This document shows positions 30,783-39,709 of a DNA stretch of 64,000 nt, piece by piece. The notes under the pieces are model-generated. The model saw only the letters and a program-made list of their open reading frames with translations. It ran no database searches and was not told where the DNA came from. The translations under genes were made by a program, and so were the position numbers. The DNA lies in assembly GCA_036170915.1 (NCBI GenBank), contig JAVHQC010000036.1, positions 160,001 to 224,000 on the forward strand, given 5' to 3'. This DNA is from Cyanobacteria bacterium auto_48_18. Its GTDB lineage: Bacteria > Cyanobacteriota > Vampirovibrionia > Obscuribacterales > Obscuribacteraceae. Positions within the stretch are counted from its first letter, which is position 1; the number at the start of each line of letters is the position of its first letter.

Positions 30783-31982
30783 TTATTGTTGCCAACCGAG
30801 CAAATTTAGGGTTGAGACAAAGTCGCCGCGCCGCCAGAGCCAGACATGGAAAGCAAAAATTAGTTGCTCAGGAGTCAGTACTGCCTTGCCTATGAGGGCA
30901 TAGCCTTTTTTAATGGTGTCGAGTTTTACTTGATCGATAAAACCGCGGTTCAATAAAAAGGCGTCGACTTGATCGGGCTCTCTGCGCTCAACCAGACGCA
31001 CTTGTTCGAGGTCAGAACGGGTAACAATACCGATAAGCTCGATCATATCTACCAGGCTAAGATTTTCTGTGCTGACAAAAGGCCGCACCATCACTGGTTT
31101 CATAGCCGACAGTTCGTTCACTGAAAACTCAAGCGGACGGCCTGTTTTGGCGCATTGCGAAAGCATCTGAGAAGCCCTGACCGGTTCGACTGTACCCTCA
31201 ACGATATATTTTTGAGCTCGCAGCGCTGATGAAACTATGAGCTCACTGATAATTCCTTCATCAACCAAAACCTGGCCCAGGGGCTTGGCTTCAGCCATAC
31301 TTTTCTCAACGCAAGAGAGCAAATCGAGCTCAGAAATCAACTCTGCCAGCACCAGAAGTTCGCCCAGCCTGACAGAATTTTCTTCGCGATAACGCTTTAA
31401 ACCACCGAATTCTAAAATTTCTTCGATATGCTCATTGTGCAAATGTGAGAGCTTGAGAGCGCCCACAGCCTGGTCGTAGCCAATTTTGCGTTCATTAACA
31501 AGCAACTGAGCCGTGAGGCCGGCATAAGCCACAATTTCATTGAGTGACTTTTGCAGCACCAGTACTCGCACTATGGGCAGACCCGAGAGTATGCTTACTT
31601 CAAGCCCTTGAGACAGCTTATAAGGTGATATGGCGCCGGCGTCAACAAACAATTTGCCCAGGTTGCGGCTGAAATTTATGTGGTCAATTTCGCAGCCGAT
31701 AGCAAAAAGATTGTCGACAAAACTGCCACCATTGTCGCGAATCAGCTTCAAAACCTCGCCGGCTTTCTCCTGGCTAATGAGCCTTTCGCGAATTAAATTT
31801 TGCGCTTGCAGAGTGCCATTTAGCTCAGCCTCACTAACCAGGCCTGATTCGACTAAGACCTTACCCAGTGGGCTTTTGCGGCTGCGTGACATGGTCAAAG
31901 CGCCGTCAATGCTCTCGGGCGTTACCAACCCTGCGCCCACAAGCAAATCACCTATCTGGCTGGAAATATGAGATTGCGACAC
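30783..31982 (-). CDS. Protein of tandem MshEN-like (GspE N-terminal) repeats
   Basis: At least five LGxxLVxxGxIS-type motifs, e.g. LGKVLVESGLVSEAELNGTLQAQ and RLGELLVLAELISE. Confidence 0.72.
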   Translation of the reverse strand: MSQSHISSQIGDLLVGAGLVTPESIDGALTMSRSRKSPLGKVLVESGLVSEAELNGTLQAQNLIRERLISQEKAGEVLKLIRDNGGSFVDNLFAIGCEIDHINFSRNLGKLFVDAGAISPYKLSQGLEVSILSGLPIVRVLVLQKSLNEIVAYAGLTAQLLVNERKIGYDQAVGALKLSHLHNEHIEEILEFGGLKRYREENSVRLGELLVLAELISELDLLSCVEKSMAEAKPLGQVLVDEGIISELIVSSALRAQKYIVEGTVEPVRASQMLSQCAKTGRPLEFSVNELSAMKPVMVRPFVSTENLSLVDMIELIGIVTRSDLEQVRLVERREPDQVDAFLLNRGFIDQVKLDTIKKGYALIGKAVLTPEQLIFAFHVWLWRRGDFVSTLNLLGWQQ

Positions 31983-32067
31983 TAGTACATCCTCATTATT
32001 TGATTCTGAGGAGTATATATCTTTGACACTACTCTTTCTATAGTCAAAAAAAGTGGGCCGTAAGTTA

Positions 32068-32123
32068 AAAGAACTTCTTAGCTCTAAAGAACAATCTTGG
32101 CTCTAAAGAACAATTTTAGCTCT
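32068..32123. repeat. Three tandem 18-19 bp direct repeats
   Basis: AAAGAAC-TTC-TTAGCTCT, AAAGAAC-AATC-TTGGCTCT, AAAGAAC-AATT-TTAGCTCT. Confidence 0.8.
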
Positions 32124-32364
32124 GTTGTATATAGACCTCACCACCAGTGGTGCAAAATTTTTGCTACCATGCCTGAATGCGCCTAGCATGGTGGATATAG
32201 GCGTATTGCTAAATAGAACCATTGATATATTCACAGTGTGCAGACTTGCACATCTACTAGTAAAATTCAGGGCAAATTATAGCTAAAAGGGTGACAGGAC
32301 GGCAATTTCGGGCTAATATTACCCACAGGCTAAAGTAGTTCTGCGAATTGTCAAAAGCTTTTGC

Positions 32365-32393
32365 TTGACACTAAATACAGTGTGTAGTCTAAT
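32365..32393 (+). promoter_or_regulatory. Sigma70-type promoter of the smc operon overlapped by a palindrome
   Basis: TTGACA-17 bp-TCTAAT; ACACTAAATACAGTGT at 32368-32383. Confidence 0.55.
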
Positions 32394-32440
32394 TCGGACG
32401 TAAGGTGCCCTCTCTAGCATCATCCAGGCGGGAAGCTCTT

Positions 32441-35400
32441 TTGCGAATTAAAGAAATCGAACTTGATAACTTCAAGTCTTTCGGCAAGCAGACACTAGTC
32501 CCTCTATTAGACGGATTCACCACAATCTCAGGCCCTAACGGCTCAGGCAAGTCAAACATCGTCGACAGCCTGCTTTTTGCCCTCGGACTATCGTCAACTA
32601 GAACAATGCGCGCCGAGCGTTTGCCTGATCTGCTCAATAATTTGAGCGGCAAAACAGAAGCTAAGGTGAGAGTGCGCTTTTGCCATGATGACGGCGAAGA
32701 GCTAGAAGTTACCCGTCGCATTCGCGTTAAAGATACAGGCTACACCTCAACTTATATCCTTAATGGTCGCGTTGCTACTCTTACTGAAGTGCATGAAGAG
32801 CTGACTAAATATAACGTCAGCCCCACAGGTTATAACGTCATCATGCAAGGCGACGTTACCGGAATTGTCACCATGAGCGCCACCGAGCGCCGTAAAATCA
32901 TTGACGAACTGGCTGGGGTAGCCGAATTCGACCGCCGCATCGATCAAGCTCAAAACGAGCTCGAATCGGTTGGCGAAAAAATCGAACAGCAAAAAATCAT
33001 TCTTACTGAAATTCTCTCTCGCATGGAGACTCTCAAAACTGATAGAGATCAGGCTCTTAAGTACCTGGAGCTAAAGACTCAAAAAGAGACTGTAGAGCGA
33101 GATCTTGTCTTCGTGCGTTCTACTGAACTCGAAAATCGCTGTGCTCTTGAGCTGGCCGAAATTGAGAAACTGAATAAGAAAGAAGAAGAACTGGTCGAAA
33201 GACTTGAGCAAACCGAAATCAATTTGCTTGGCCTGCGCACCGAAATGGGTCGCATCGATCAAGAAATTCGCGAAAAAGGCGGCAATGAGCAGCTGCTCTT
33301 GCGCCAGGAGCTTGAGACTAAACGAGGCGAACTAACTCGTGAAGAGAACAAACTCTCTAACTTAAATGGTGTAATTGGCGAGAAAACCAAACAATCAAAA
33401 CAAATCGGTGGGCAGATCAAAGCCATCGATAAGCATCTGTCTGACATTTCTAAACAGAAAAAGCAACACCAGGCTGATCAACAAGTTGTGCGTGTAGGCT
33501 TGATGGAAAGGCAGGGTGCTTTCAGTGCAGTCATGGCCGAAATCGAGGTTTTGCGTCAAGAGAAAGACAAATCCTCGGACAAAATTTCAAATCTGCACGG
33601 CGATTTACAAAAGCTGCGCGATGACAGACACGCCCACGAAGTGAAGAAAACCGAGCTTCGCACTAGACGCGAAGCACTCGAGCGCGAATTAGAATCACTG
33701 CGCACTAAAGCCACTGAACAAATCACAAAATCGGCTCAGGTCAAAGGTTTACTGAGCAAACAGGAACGTGAGTTTCAAGATCAACAAGCTCTTGTGGCCG
33801 GCATTGAAAGATCGCTTTTGCAATACGAAGGCGAACTTGAAGGTACGCGCGAAGAAATTGAATCGAAGCGCCATGCTCAAGATACTGTCAATCGGCGTTT
33901 AATTGAGCTCGAGACAACCCGCGAAGTAGCCGGTGAGTCAGGTTATGGTCGGGCAGTGGAAGCAATACTGGCGGCCGGTATTGCTGGTGTGCACGGCACC
34001 ATTGGGCAGCTTGGTACAGTTGACGATCAATACACTACAGCGCTCGAGACATCTATCGGCCCACGTCTTGGCCACATTGTGGTTGACGACGACCAGGTGG
34101 CTCAAGATTGCATTCAATATTTAAAAGCTAATCAAGCCGGCCGCGCCACTTTTGTGCCCTTGAATAAAATCCAAACCAATCCACCGGGCTTATTGCCTCA
34201 GCGCCCTGGTGTGATTGATTTTGCCTATAACCTGATTGATTTCAATCCTAAATTTGTCAAAGCCTTCCAGTATGCATGTGGCCAGACAATTATTGTCGAC
34301 ACCATGGAAAATGCCCGCAAGCTTATCAACCAGGCGCGCATGGTCACTCTGGGCGGCGAATTATTCGATAAGTCAGGCAGTATCTCAGGCGGTAACGACA
34401 GCAAATCAAAATTGCATTTCGGCAACCGCGGCGAAACAGATCTGGCTGTGCTTAAGCAAACCGCTAAGAGTTTGAGCGATCAAGTCAAATGGTTAAAAGA
34501 CTCACTTAAAGAGCTAGAAGTGGCTCTCAATGAAGAACGCAGCAAACTCTCCAGTGCTCGCCAGGTGTTGGCGCAAAAATCGGCTGAGCTCGATAACAAT
34601 CGCAAAGCTGTTAAAGATATGGAGCAAGACGTCGAAAGCATCAAACCGCAATTGCGCAGCAAGGGCGACGAGATGGATCTTATCGACGCCGAAGCACTGC
34701 AAGTAGAGGCTCAGGCCAAGCTGCTTACAGCCGATATCACCAAGCTTGAAGATTCTCTTGAAGGTGCTCGTGATAAAGGGAAGAAAACTCATTTAGAAAA
34801 ACTGATTCACGAATCAGAAGAACTGAGAGCTGCGCAAATAGCAGTAGAAACAGAGTTCAAAGAACTGCAGCGCCTGATTGACATGGCCGAAACTGAAGAG
34901 CGTGTTGAAATTAACAACCGCGAAAATCTAACCGGCCAGGCTAACGAGCTTGGAGCCGAACTAGACGAACTCGAAGGTCAGCGCCCCAGCCACGAAGCTT
35001 TGATCACCGGCCTGCGTATGGCTATCGGTGAGATGGAGAAGAAAGTCTCTGCCATCTCTGACGAACTCGAGTCAATGCGAAAGGCCAAAGAAGACATTCA
35101 CGAGAAAGTTACCGCGGCCGAAATTGAGCGCACCAAAATCGATCAAGAATTGATTCGCGTTAAAGAGCACAGAAATGAGCGCAAGATGGCGCACTACGAA
35201 GTTGAACAACAGCTTATTGTGGTGAAAGAACAAATCAGTGCCATTCTGGCAGAAAATCCAGACTATCAGCCGCCAAACGCCGGCACTGTAGAGCAACTGA
35301 AGCAACAAGTTGAAAGACTCGAACGCCGCATGCGCGCGCTTGAACCTGTAAACATGAAAGCTCTTGAAGATTACAATCAGACAGAAGAACGGCAGCGTGA

Positions 35401-35971
35401 GCTGGCTGAAAATCTAGAGACTTTGACTGCGGAAAGAGAACAAATTGATCACCGCATTCTCGGTTATGGCCAACTGAAAAAAGAAAACTTCATGGAAGCC
35501 TTCACGGCTATTAACGCCAACTTCCAGGACATATTCTCAGAACTTTCTCACGGCACCGGCAGGCTTGAGCTGGAGAATCCGGAAAGTCCGTTTGAAGGCG
35601 GTCTGATCATCAGAGCTCAACCGCGCGATAAGAAAATGCAGCGCATTGAAGCTCTCTCTGGTGGTGAAAAATCACTGACGGCTCTTTCGTTTGTGTTTGC
35701 CTTCCAGCGCTTTGCACCAGCACCGTTCTACGCATTTGATGAAGTCGATATGATGCTTGACGGTGCCAATGCCGAACGACTGGCCCGCATGGTTAAGAGT
35801 CAGTCGGCCAGCGCCCAGTTTGTTGTGGTTAGCTTACGCCGTCCAATGATTGAAAACGCCGATCACGCTGTGGGCGTATCGCTTAGAGCAGACGGATTCT
35901 CACGAGTAGTGGGCATTAAGGAAGTGCATATTCCTGACGAGCAATTGCTGCCAGTGGCAGCCGGAGCTTAA
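32441..35971 (+). CDS. smc: Chromosome segregation protein SMC (likely TTG start at 32441)
   Basis: NFKSF, GPNGSGKSN Walker A, hinge GRATFVPL, LSGGEKS, DEVD. Confidence 0.98.
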   Translation: MRIKEIELDNFKSFGKQTLVPLLDGFTTISGPNGSGKSNIVDSLLFALGLSSTRTMRAERLPDLLNNLSGKTEAKVRVRFCHDDGEELEVTRRIRVKDTGYTSTYILNGRVATLTEVHEELTKYNVSPTGYNVIMQGDVTGIVTMSATERRKIIDELAGVAEFDRRIDQAQNELESVGEKIEQQKIILTEILSRMETLKTDRDQALKYLELKTQKETVERDLVFVRSTELENRCALELAEIEKLNKKEEELVERLEQTEINLLGLRTEMGRIDQEIREKGGNEQLLLRQELETKRGELTREENKLSNLNGVIGEKTKQSKQIGGQIKAIDKHLSDISKQKKQHQADQQVVRVGLMERQGAFSAVMAEIEVLRQEKDKSSDKISNLHGDLQKLRDDRHAHEVKKTELRTRREALERELESLRTKATEQITKSAQVKGLLSKQEREFQDQQALVAGIERSLLQYEGELEGTREEIESKRHAQDTVNRRLIELETTREVAGESGYGRAVEAILAAGIAGVHGTIGQLGTVDDQYTTALETSIGPRLGHIVVDDDQVAQDCIQYLKANQAGRATFVPLNKIQTNPPGLLPQRPGVIDFAYNLIDFNPKFVKAFQYACGQTIIVDTMENARKLINQARMVTLGGELFDKSGSISGGNDSKSKLHFGNRGETDLAVLKQTAKSLSDQVKWLKDSLKELEVALNEERSKLSSARQVLAQKSAELDNNRKAVKDMEQDVESIKPQLRSKGDEMDLIDAEALQVEAQAKLLTADITKLEDSLEGARDKGKKTHLEKLIHESEELRAAQIAVETEFKELQRLIDMAETEERVEINNRENLTGQANELGAELDELEGQRPSHEALITGLRMAIGEMEKKVSAISDELESMRKAKEDIHEKVTAAEIERTKIDQELIRVKEHRNERKMAHYEVEQQLIVVKEQISAILAENPDYQPPNAGTVEQLKQQVERLERRMRALEPVNMKALEDYNQTEERQRELAENLETLTAEREQIDHRILGYGQLKKENFMEAFTAINANFQDIFSELSHGTGRLELENPESPFEGGLIIRAQPRDKKMQRIEALSGGEKSLTALSFVFAFQRFAPAPFYAFDEVDMMLDGANAERLARMVKSQSASAQFVVVSLRRPMIENADHAVGVSLRADGFSRVVGIKEVHIPDEQLLPVAAGA

Positions 35972-35974
35972 TTC

Positions 35975-37126
35975 ATGAGCAATGAAATCTTTAATGATCC
36001 CACCATTCAAAATTTAGCTGGTGCCTTAAAAATGCCGACTGTCAAAGGTCGCAAAAAATCAGACGGCACAAAAAAGTCTGAGCCTACCGGTAGTAAGAAA
36101 AAAGCCAGTCCGCTCAGTACACGCAGCTTTCCGGTAGAGTCTTTTGTTCCTGGTACAGAACAGACAGATTTTTCTCCGAGTAACCGCGCTGAGCTGATTG
36201 CCCAGGTGCCCGCCGAACTGGCTGAAGCAGCGGCAAATTTTGATTTCGCCGACCTTGATATAAATAAACTTGCCGTGGAAAATTTGCCGGCCAATGGTGG
36301 CAAACCAGGCGAGACAATTTTTAAAAGCGAGCCAGATAGTGGTATCGAAATTCTCGTTAAGATGGCGGAAAAGGGTGAGATTGACCCTAAGAACGTAGAC
36401 ATTATCGACGTCTGCGATAAGTTCCTCAAAGCCATTGCCGCGAGCCCCAAAGAAAGTTTGCGCCTATCAGGTAAAGTAATTTTTCATGCCGCCGTGCTTT
36501 TGCGCATGAAGGCCGAAGCACTGTTGTCTCTAGCCAATAGCAGCCTCAATCCGGTCAGTGATGATTTCCTTGATTTTGATGATGAAGGCGGCCCAATACT
36601 CTATGACTCCAACAAACAAGAAGTTGGCAGACAGCTAACCTTTAAGGATCTTGAAGGAGCAATCGTCAGACGTTCGCAACGCAAGAAGCAACAAGTACGT
36701 GAACGTAAAGTAACCCTCGAACAACTGATCGCAGCTCTGCGCGAAGCGGAAAAAGTCGACAAAAGTCGCCTGGATAAAAAGCCGAAAGCGCGCATTGATT
36801 TATCTGATCACCATGAAGTAAATGCTTACGATGATATTCTAGATCTGGCTCACGATGAGGATATACAAGAATCAATCGAACTAATTGAGCAGTGGATCAT
36901 TGGCAATTTATTGTCTGGTGAGAATATCGAAGTGTTCGATTTAGTGATGAAATTATCTGTGAAGCAAGATTGGGTTGAAGTATTTTTAGCAGCACTATTT
37001 TTATCAAATGCAGGTAAGATAGATCTACAGCAAGATACGTTCTACGGACCGCTATTCTTGACTCTAGCAATCAGTCCACCCAATACCAATATTGACACTG
37101 ACAGTAGTACCATCACCGAGAGCTGA
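35975..37126 (+). CDS. scpA: Segregation/condensation protein A (kleisin)
   Basis: IDPKNVDII, AAVLLRMKA, FLAALFL...IDLQQDTFYG; lies between smc and scpB. Confidence 0.88.
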   Translation: MSNEIFNDPTIQNLAGALKMPTVKGRKKSDGTKKSEPTGSKKKASPLSTRSFPVESFVPGTEQTDFSPSNRAELIAQVPAELAEAAANFDFADLDINKLAVENLPANGGKPGETIFKSEPDSGIEILVKMAEKGEIDPKNVDIIDVCDKFLKAIAASPKESLRLSGKVIFHAAVLLRMKAEALLSLANSSLNPVSDDFLDFDDEGGPILYDSNKQEVGRQLTFKDLEGAIVRRSQRKKQQVRERKVTLEQLIAALREAEKVDKSRLDKKPKARIDLSDHHEVNAYDDILDLAHDEDIQESIELIEQWIIGNLLSGENIEVFDLVMKLSVKQDWVEVFLAALFLSNAGKIDLQQDTFYGPLFLTLAISPPNTNIDTDSSTITES

Positions 37127-37133
37127 CAGCGCC

Positions 37134-37967
37134 ATGAGCTTAAAAAATCACATCGAAGCACTTTTGTTCTTAACCGATAAGCCTATCAAGACTGCGGTAA
37201 TAGCTCGCACGCTCAATCAAGACGTGCAAGATGTCCGCAAGGCAATGATTGACCTTATTAATGATTACGAAGACCGTAATGGTGCCTTAGAGATTGCCGA
37301 CGAAGACGGCTATATGCTTCAGGTCAAAGACGAATTTTCAGGCCTTGTAGATGAGTTCGCGCCTTTCGAGTTACCCACCTCCCTGGTGCGTACTCTATCG
37401 GCCATTGCCATCAAGCAACCGGTCACTCAATCAGAAGTAATCAAATTGCGTGGTGCCGGCGCTTACGACCATATTAAAGAATTGCTGATTCGCGAATTGA
37501 TTCATCGCAAAGAAGATGGTCGCTCACCAATTCTCACCACCACTAAAAAATTCCAGGAATATTTCCGTCTTTCTAAGGATGGTCAAACCTGGCGCCATCA
37601 GCTAGAGACTGCCACGAATAAAGATCGCAAAGAAGATGAGCAAGTCACAGTTGAGAAGAATGTACAGCTCGAACTTTTCGAATCAGCTGAGCCTGCCCCT
37701 GGTGAAGTGGTAGCGACTGGCGCAGTCTTAAGTCAAACGGTTCTCGACGCTGATGCAGAAGCTCAAATTCAGGCTGCAGTTAATGATGATGATCATATTT
37801 TTGACGCCGAGCCTGCCGAACAGCAAGCAGAAGAACAGCAAACAGAAGAGCAGCAAGCAGAAGTACAGCAAGCAGAAGTACAGCAAGCAGAAGTACAGCA
37901 AGCAGAAGAGCAAACTAAAGAGGCTATAGCGATTCCTCTTCCTGAGGCAGCTCATAGCTCTGTATAA
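37134..37967 (+). CDS. scpB: Segregation/condensation protein B
   Basis: IEALLF, TLSAIAIKQPVT, TTKKFQEYF; acidic tail. Confidence 0.93.
   Translation: MSLKNHIEALLFLTDKPIKTAVIARTLNQDVQDVRKAMIDLINDYEDRNGALEIADEDGYMLQVKDEFSGLVDEFAPFELPTSLVRTLSAIAIKQPVTQSEVIKLRGAGAYDHIKELLIRELIHRKEDGRSPILTTTKKFQEYFRLSKDGQTWRHQLETATNKDRKEDEQVTVEKNVQLELFESAEPAPGEVVATGAVLSQTVLDADAEAQIQAAVNDDDHIFDAEPAEQQAEEQQTEEQQAEVQQAEVQQAEVQQAEEQTKEAIAIPLPEAAHSSV
37818..37912 (+). repeat. 15-bp in-frame tandem repeat (E[V/E]QQ[A/T]) in the scpB tail
   Basis: CAGCAAGCAGAAGTA and variants, about 6 copies. Confidence 0.9.
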
Positions 37968-37971
37968 ATGA

Positions 37972-38727
37972 ATGCCAGCAGTGCAGAATTCAGGCCCGTT
38001 AGGTCATTCAAGTAAGTCTGTCAGCGCCATTCTGGTTGCTGGTGGATCGGGCACCAGGTTTGGTGGCCAGGCCAACAGTCAGACCGTGCCCAAACAGTTC
38101 CTCCCCCTTAATGGATATCGATTGTATATATGGTCGCTATCCAAGCTATACCGCTCTGGTGCATTTAAGGACATAGTCGTCACCAGTCCGGCTCGTTATG
38201 TTGATGAAATTCAGGCAGAGGTAAATCGCCTTTTGCCTGGTTCAATTGCCGTAATCGCAGGTGGTGGCAGTAGACAAGAGTCGGTTAGTCTGGCTTTAGA
38301 GAAACTTGCAGAGCTTGGCAAGCCTGATTTTGTGGTGGTGCATGATGCTGCCAGGCCATTTGTTTCAGAGAAAACCATCAACGACGCAGTCACCACTGTC
38401 ACCACCCTAGGTGCCTGCACAGTCGCCACTGCAGTTTCTGACACCATTAAATTGGTGGAGCACGAAAAAATTTGCCAGACAATTAACAGAGAAAATCTAT
38501 ACGCCGTGCAAACGCCACAGGCTGCACCTTTTGACCTTTTGATCGAGTGTCACCGCCTGGCCAGGCTTTCTGGCCTTGGTGTCACGGATGATGCGGCAAT
38601 ACTCGAGCATTTCGGCCATGAAGTGAGGATTTTCGGGGGTTCGACCAACAATATAAAAGTCACTCTTCTGGATGACTTAAGAGCCTGTGAGCTTCTTGCA
38701 CCAATGTTTCTCAAAGAATGTCCTTAA
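37972..38727 (+). CDS. ispD: 2-C-methyl-D-erythritol 4-phosphate cytidylyltransferase
   Basis: AGGSGTRFG, PKQFL, HDAARP, VQTPQ, TDDA, NIKVT. Confidence 0.95.
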   Translation: MPAVQNSGPLGHSSKSVSAILVAGGSGTRFGGQANSQTVPKQFLPLNGYRLYIWSLSKLYRSGAFKDIVVTSPARYVDEIQAEVNRLLPGSIAVIAGGGSRQESVSLALEKLAELGKPDFVVVHDAARPFVSEKTINDAVTTVTTLGACTVATAVSDTIKLVEHEKICQTINRENLYAVQTPQAAPFDLLIECHRLARLSGLGVTDDAAILEHFGHEVRIFGGSTNNIKVTLLDDLRACELLAPMFLKECP

Positions 38728-38900
38728 AAGTCCTTGAAACCACATCTGGTGCATATATAGACGATATCAAATTGCTTTTCTAAACCGTTGTCACCAGTTG
38801 TGGTGCCTCTTGCGCAATCCTGGGAAACGACTAAAATTGTTTCAACTCAATATTTATTTTCAAATTCAGTATTATTTCCAAGCATAAAAAAGGGAAAGCC

Positions 38901-39461
38901 ATGGTTGACGACTACAGAGACAGCCCACAGGACAAACCTATATTTGCTAACGAGACCAGATCAGGTAAGAAAGAAATTGATCTTTTCCCTGCTTTGCAAG
39001 ATCGTCGCATGATGGCACTAGGTTCAGTTCGCCAGAACGCGCCAACCAGATTAGGCACACAGATTTCAATTTTCACCCCGGTTTCGTTTGAAGAAGCTCT
39101 CGAAATTGTTGAATGCTTGCGCTCACGCGCTGCCACCACAATTTCTCTCGAAAACATGAAAAAACTCGATGCCAGCCGTTTGGTTGACTTCGTAGCTGGT
39201 GCCTCCGCCGCATTAGATGGCGATTTTCATAAGTTGAGCGAGCAGGTTTATGTCTTCTGCCCGAGCAATATTCGCATTACGCCGCCGGCTAAACCCGTCG
39301 TCGAGACACCTTACGTGCCTTATGGCGATACATTGGCCGGGCAGCCTACACCAGTAGAAGCTCTGAGCACAGATCTCGGTCTGGGTGCTCTAGACTTTCT
39401 CTATCCTGGTAGAGGTAGCCAAGGGACAACCACTACAAGTTCTCCCTGGACAAACTCCTGA
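38901..39461 (+). CDS. sepF: Cell division protein SepF
   Basis: PVSFEEA, RLVDFVAGASAALDG, VFCPSN. Confidence 0.88.
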   Translation: MVDDYRDSPQDKPIFANETRSGKKEIDLFPALQDRRMMALGSVRQNAPTRLGTQISIFTPVSFEEALEIVECLRSRAATTISLENMKKLDASRLVDFVAGASAALDGDFHKLSEQVYVFCPSNIRITPPAKPVVETPYVPYGDTLAGQPTPVEALSTDLGLGALDFLYPGRGSQGTTTTSSPWTNS

Positions 39462-39560
39462 CCGTTAAAGAAATCTAATAGTAGAATCCTGCGGCCTTTG
39501 CCAAGTTCTGCTTCAAGTTTTTTAACAGCTATGGTTAGCGGGCACTGGTATCATTGAAAT

Positions 39561-39662
39561 ACAAAGTACATGCGGCAAACGCCGTCAGGTGCTGCGTTTC
39601 CTCCTTACCTAATCCACCACAACATGTCTTCCCCCTTGTTCGACGAGGGGGAAGTTCTCTTT
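39561..39662 (+). ncRNA. Candidate small RNA (hairpin, CU-rich linker, terminator)
   Basis: TGG-TATCAT extended -10, stem GCGGCA/TGCTGC, TTTCCTCCTT linker, 12-bp terminator stem plus TTCTCTTT. Confidence 0.45.
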
Positions 39663-39709
39663 ATGGCTTAATATTTGAGGGCGTCCAACGGGCCGGCAGG
39701 AGAGAAGTT

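Noticed and set aside
32068..32123. Mini CRISPR array
   Set aside because: Repeats are contiguous, with no unique spacers and no cas genes
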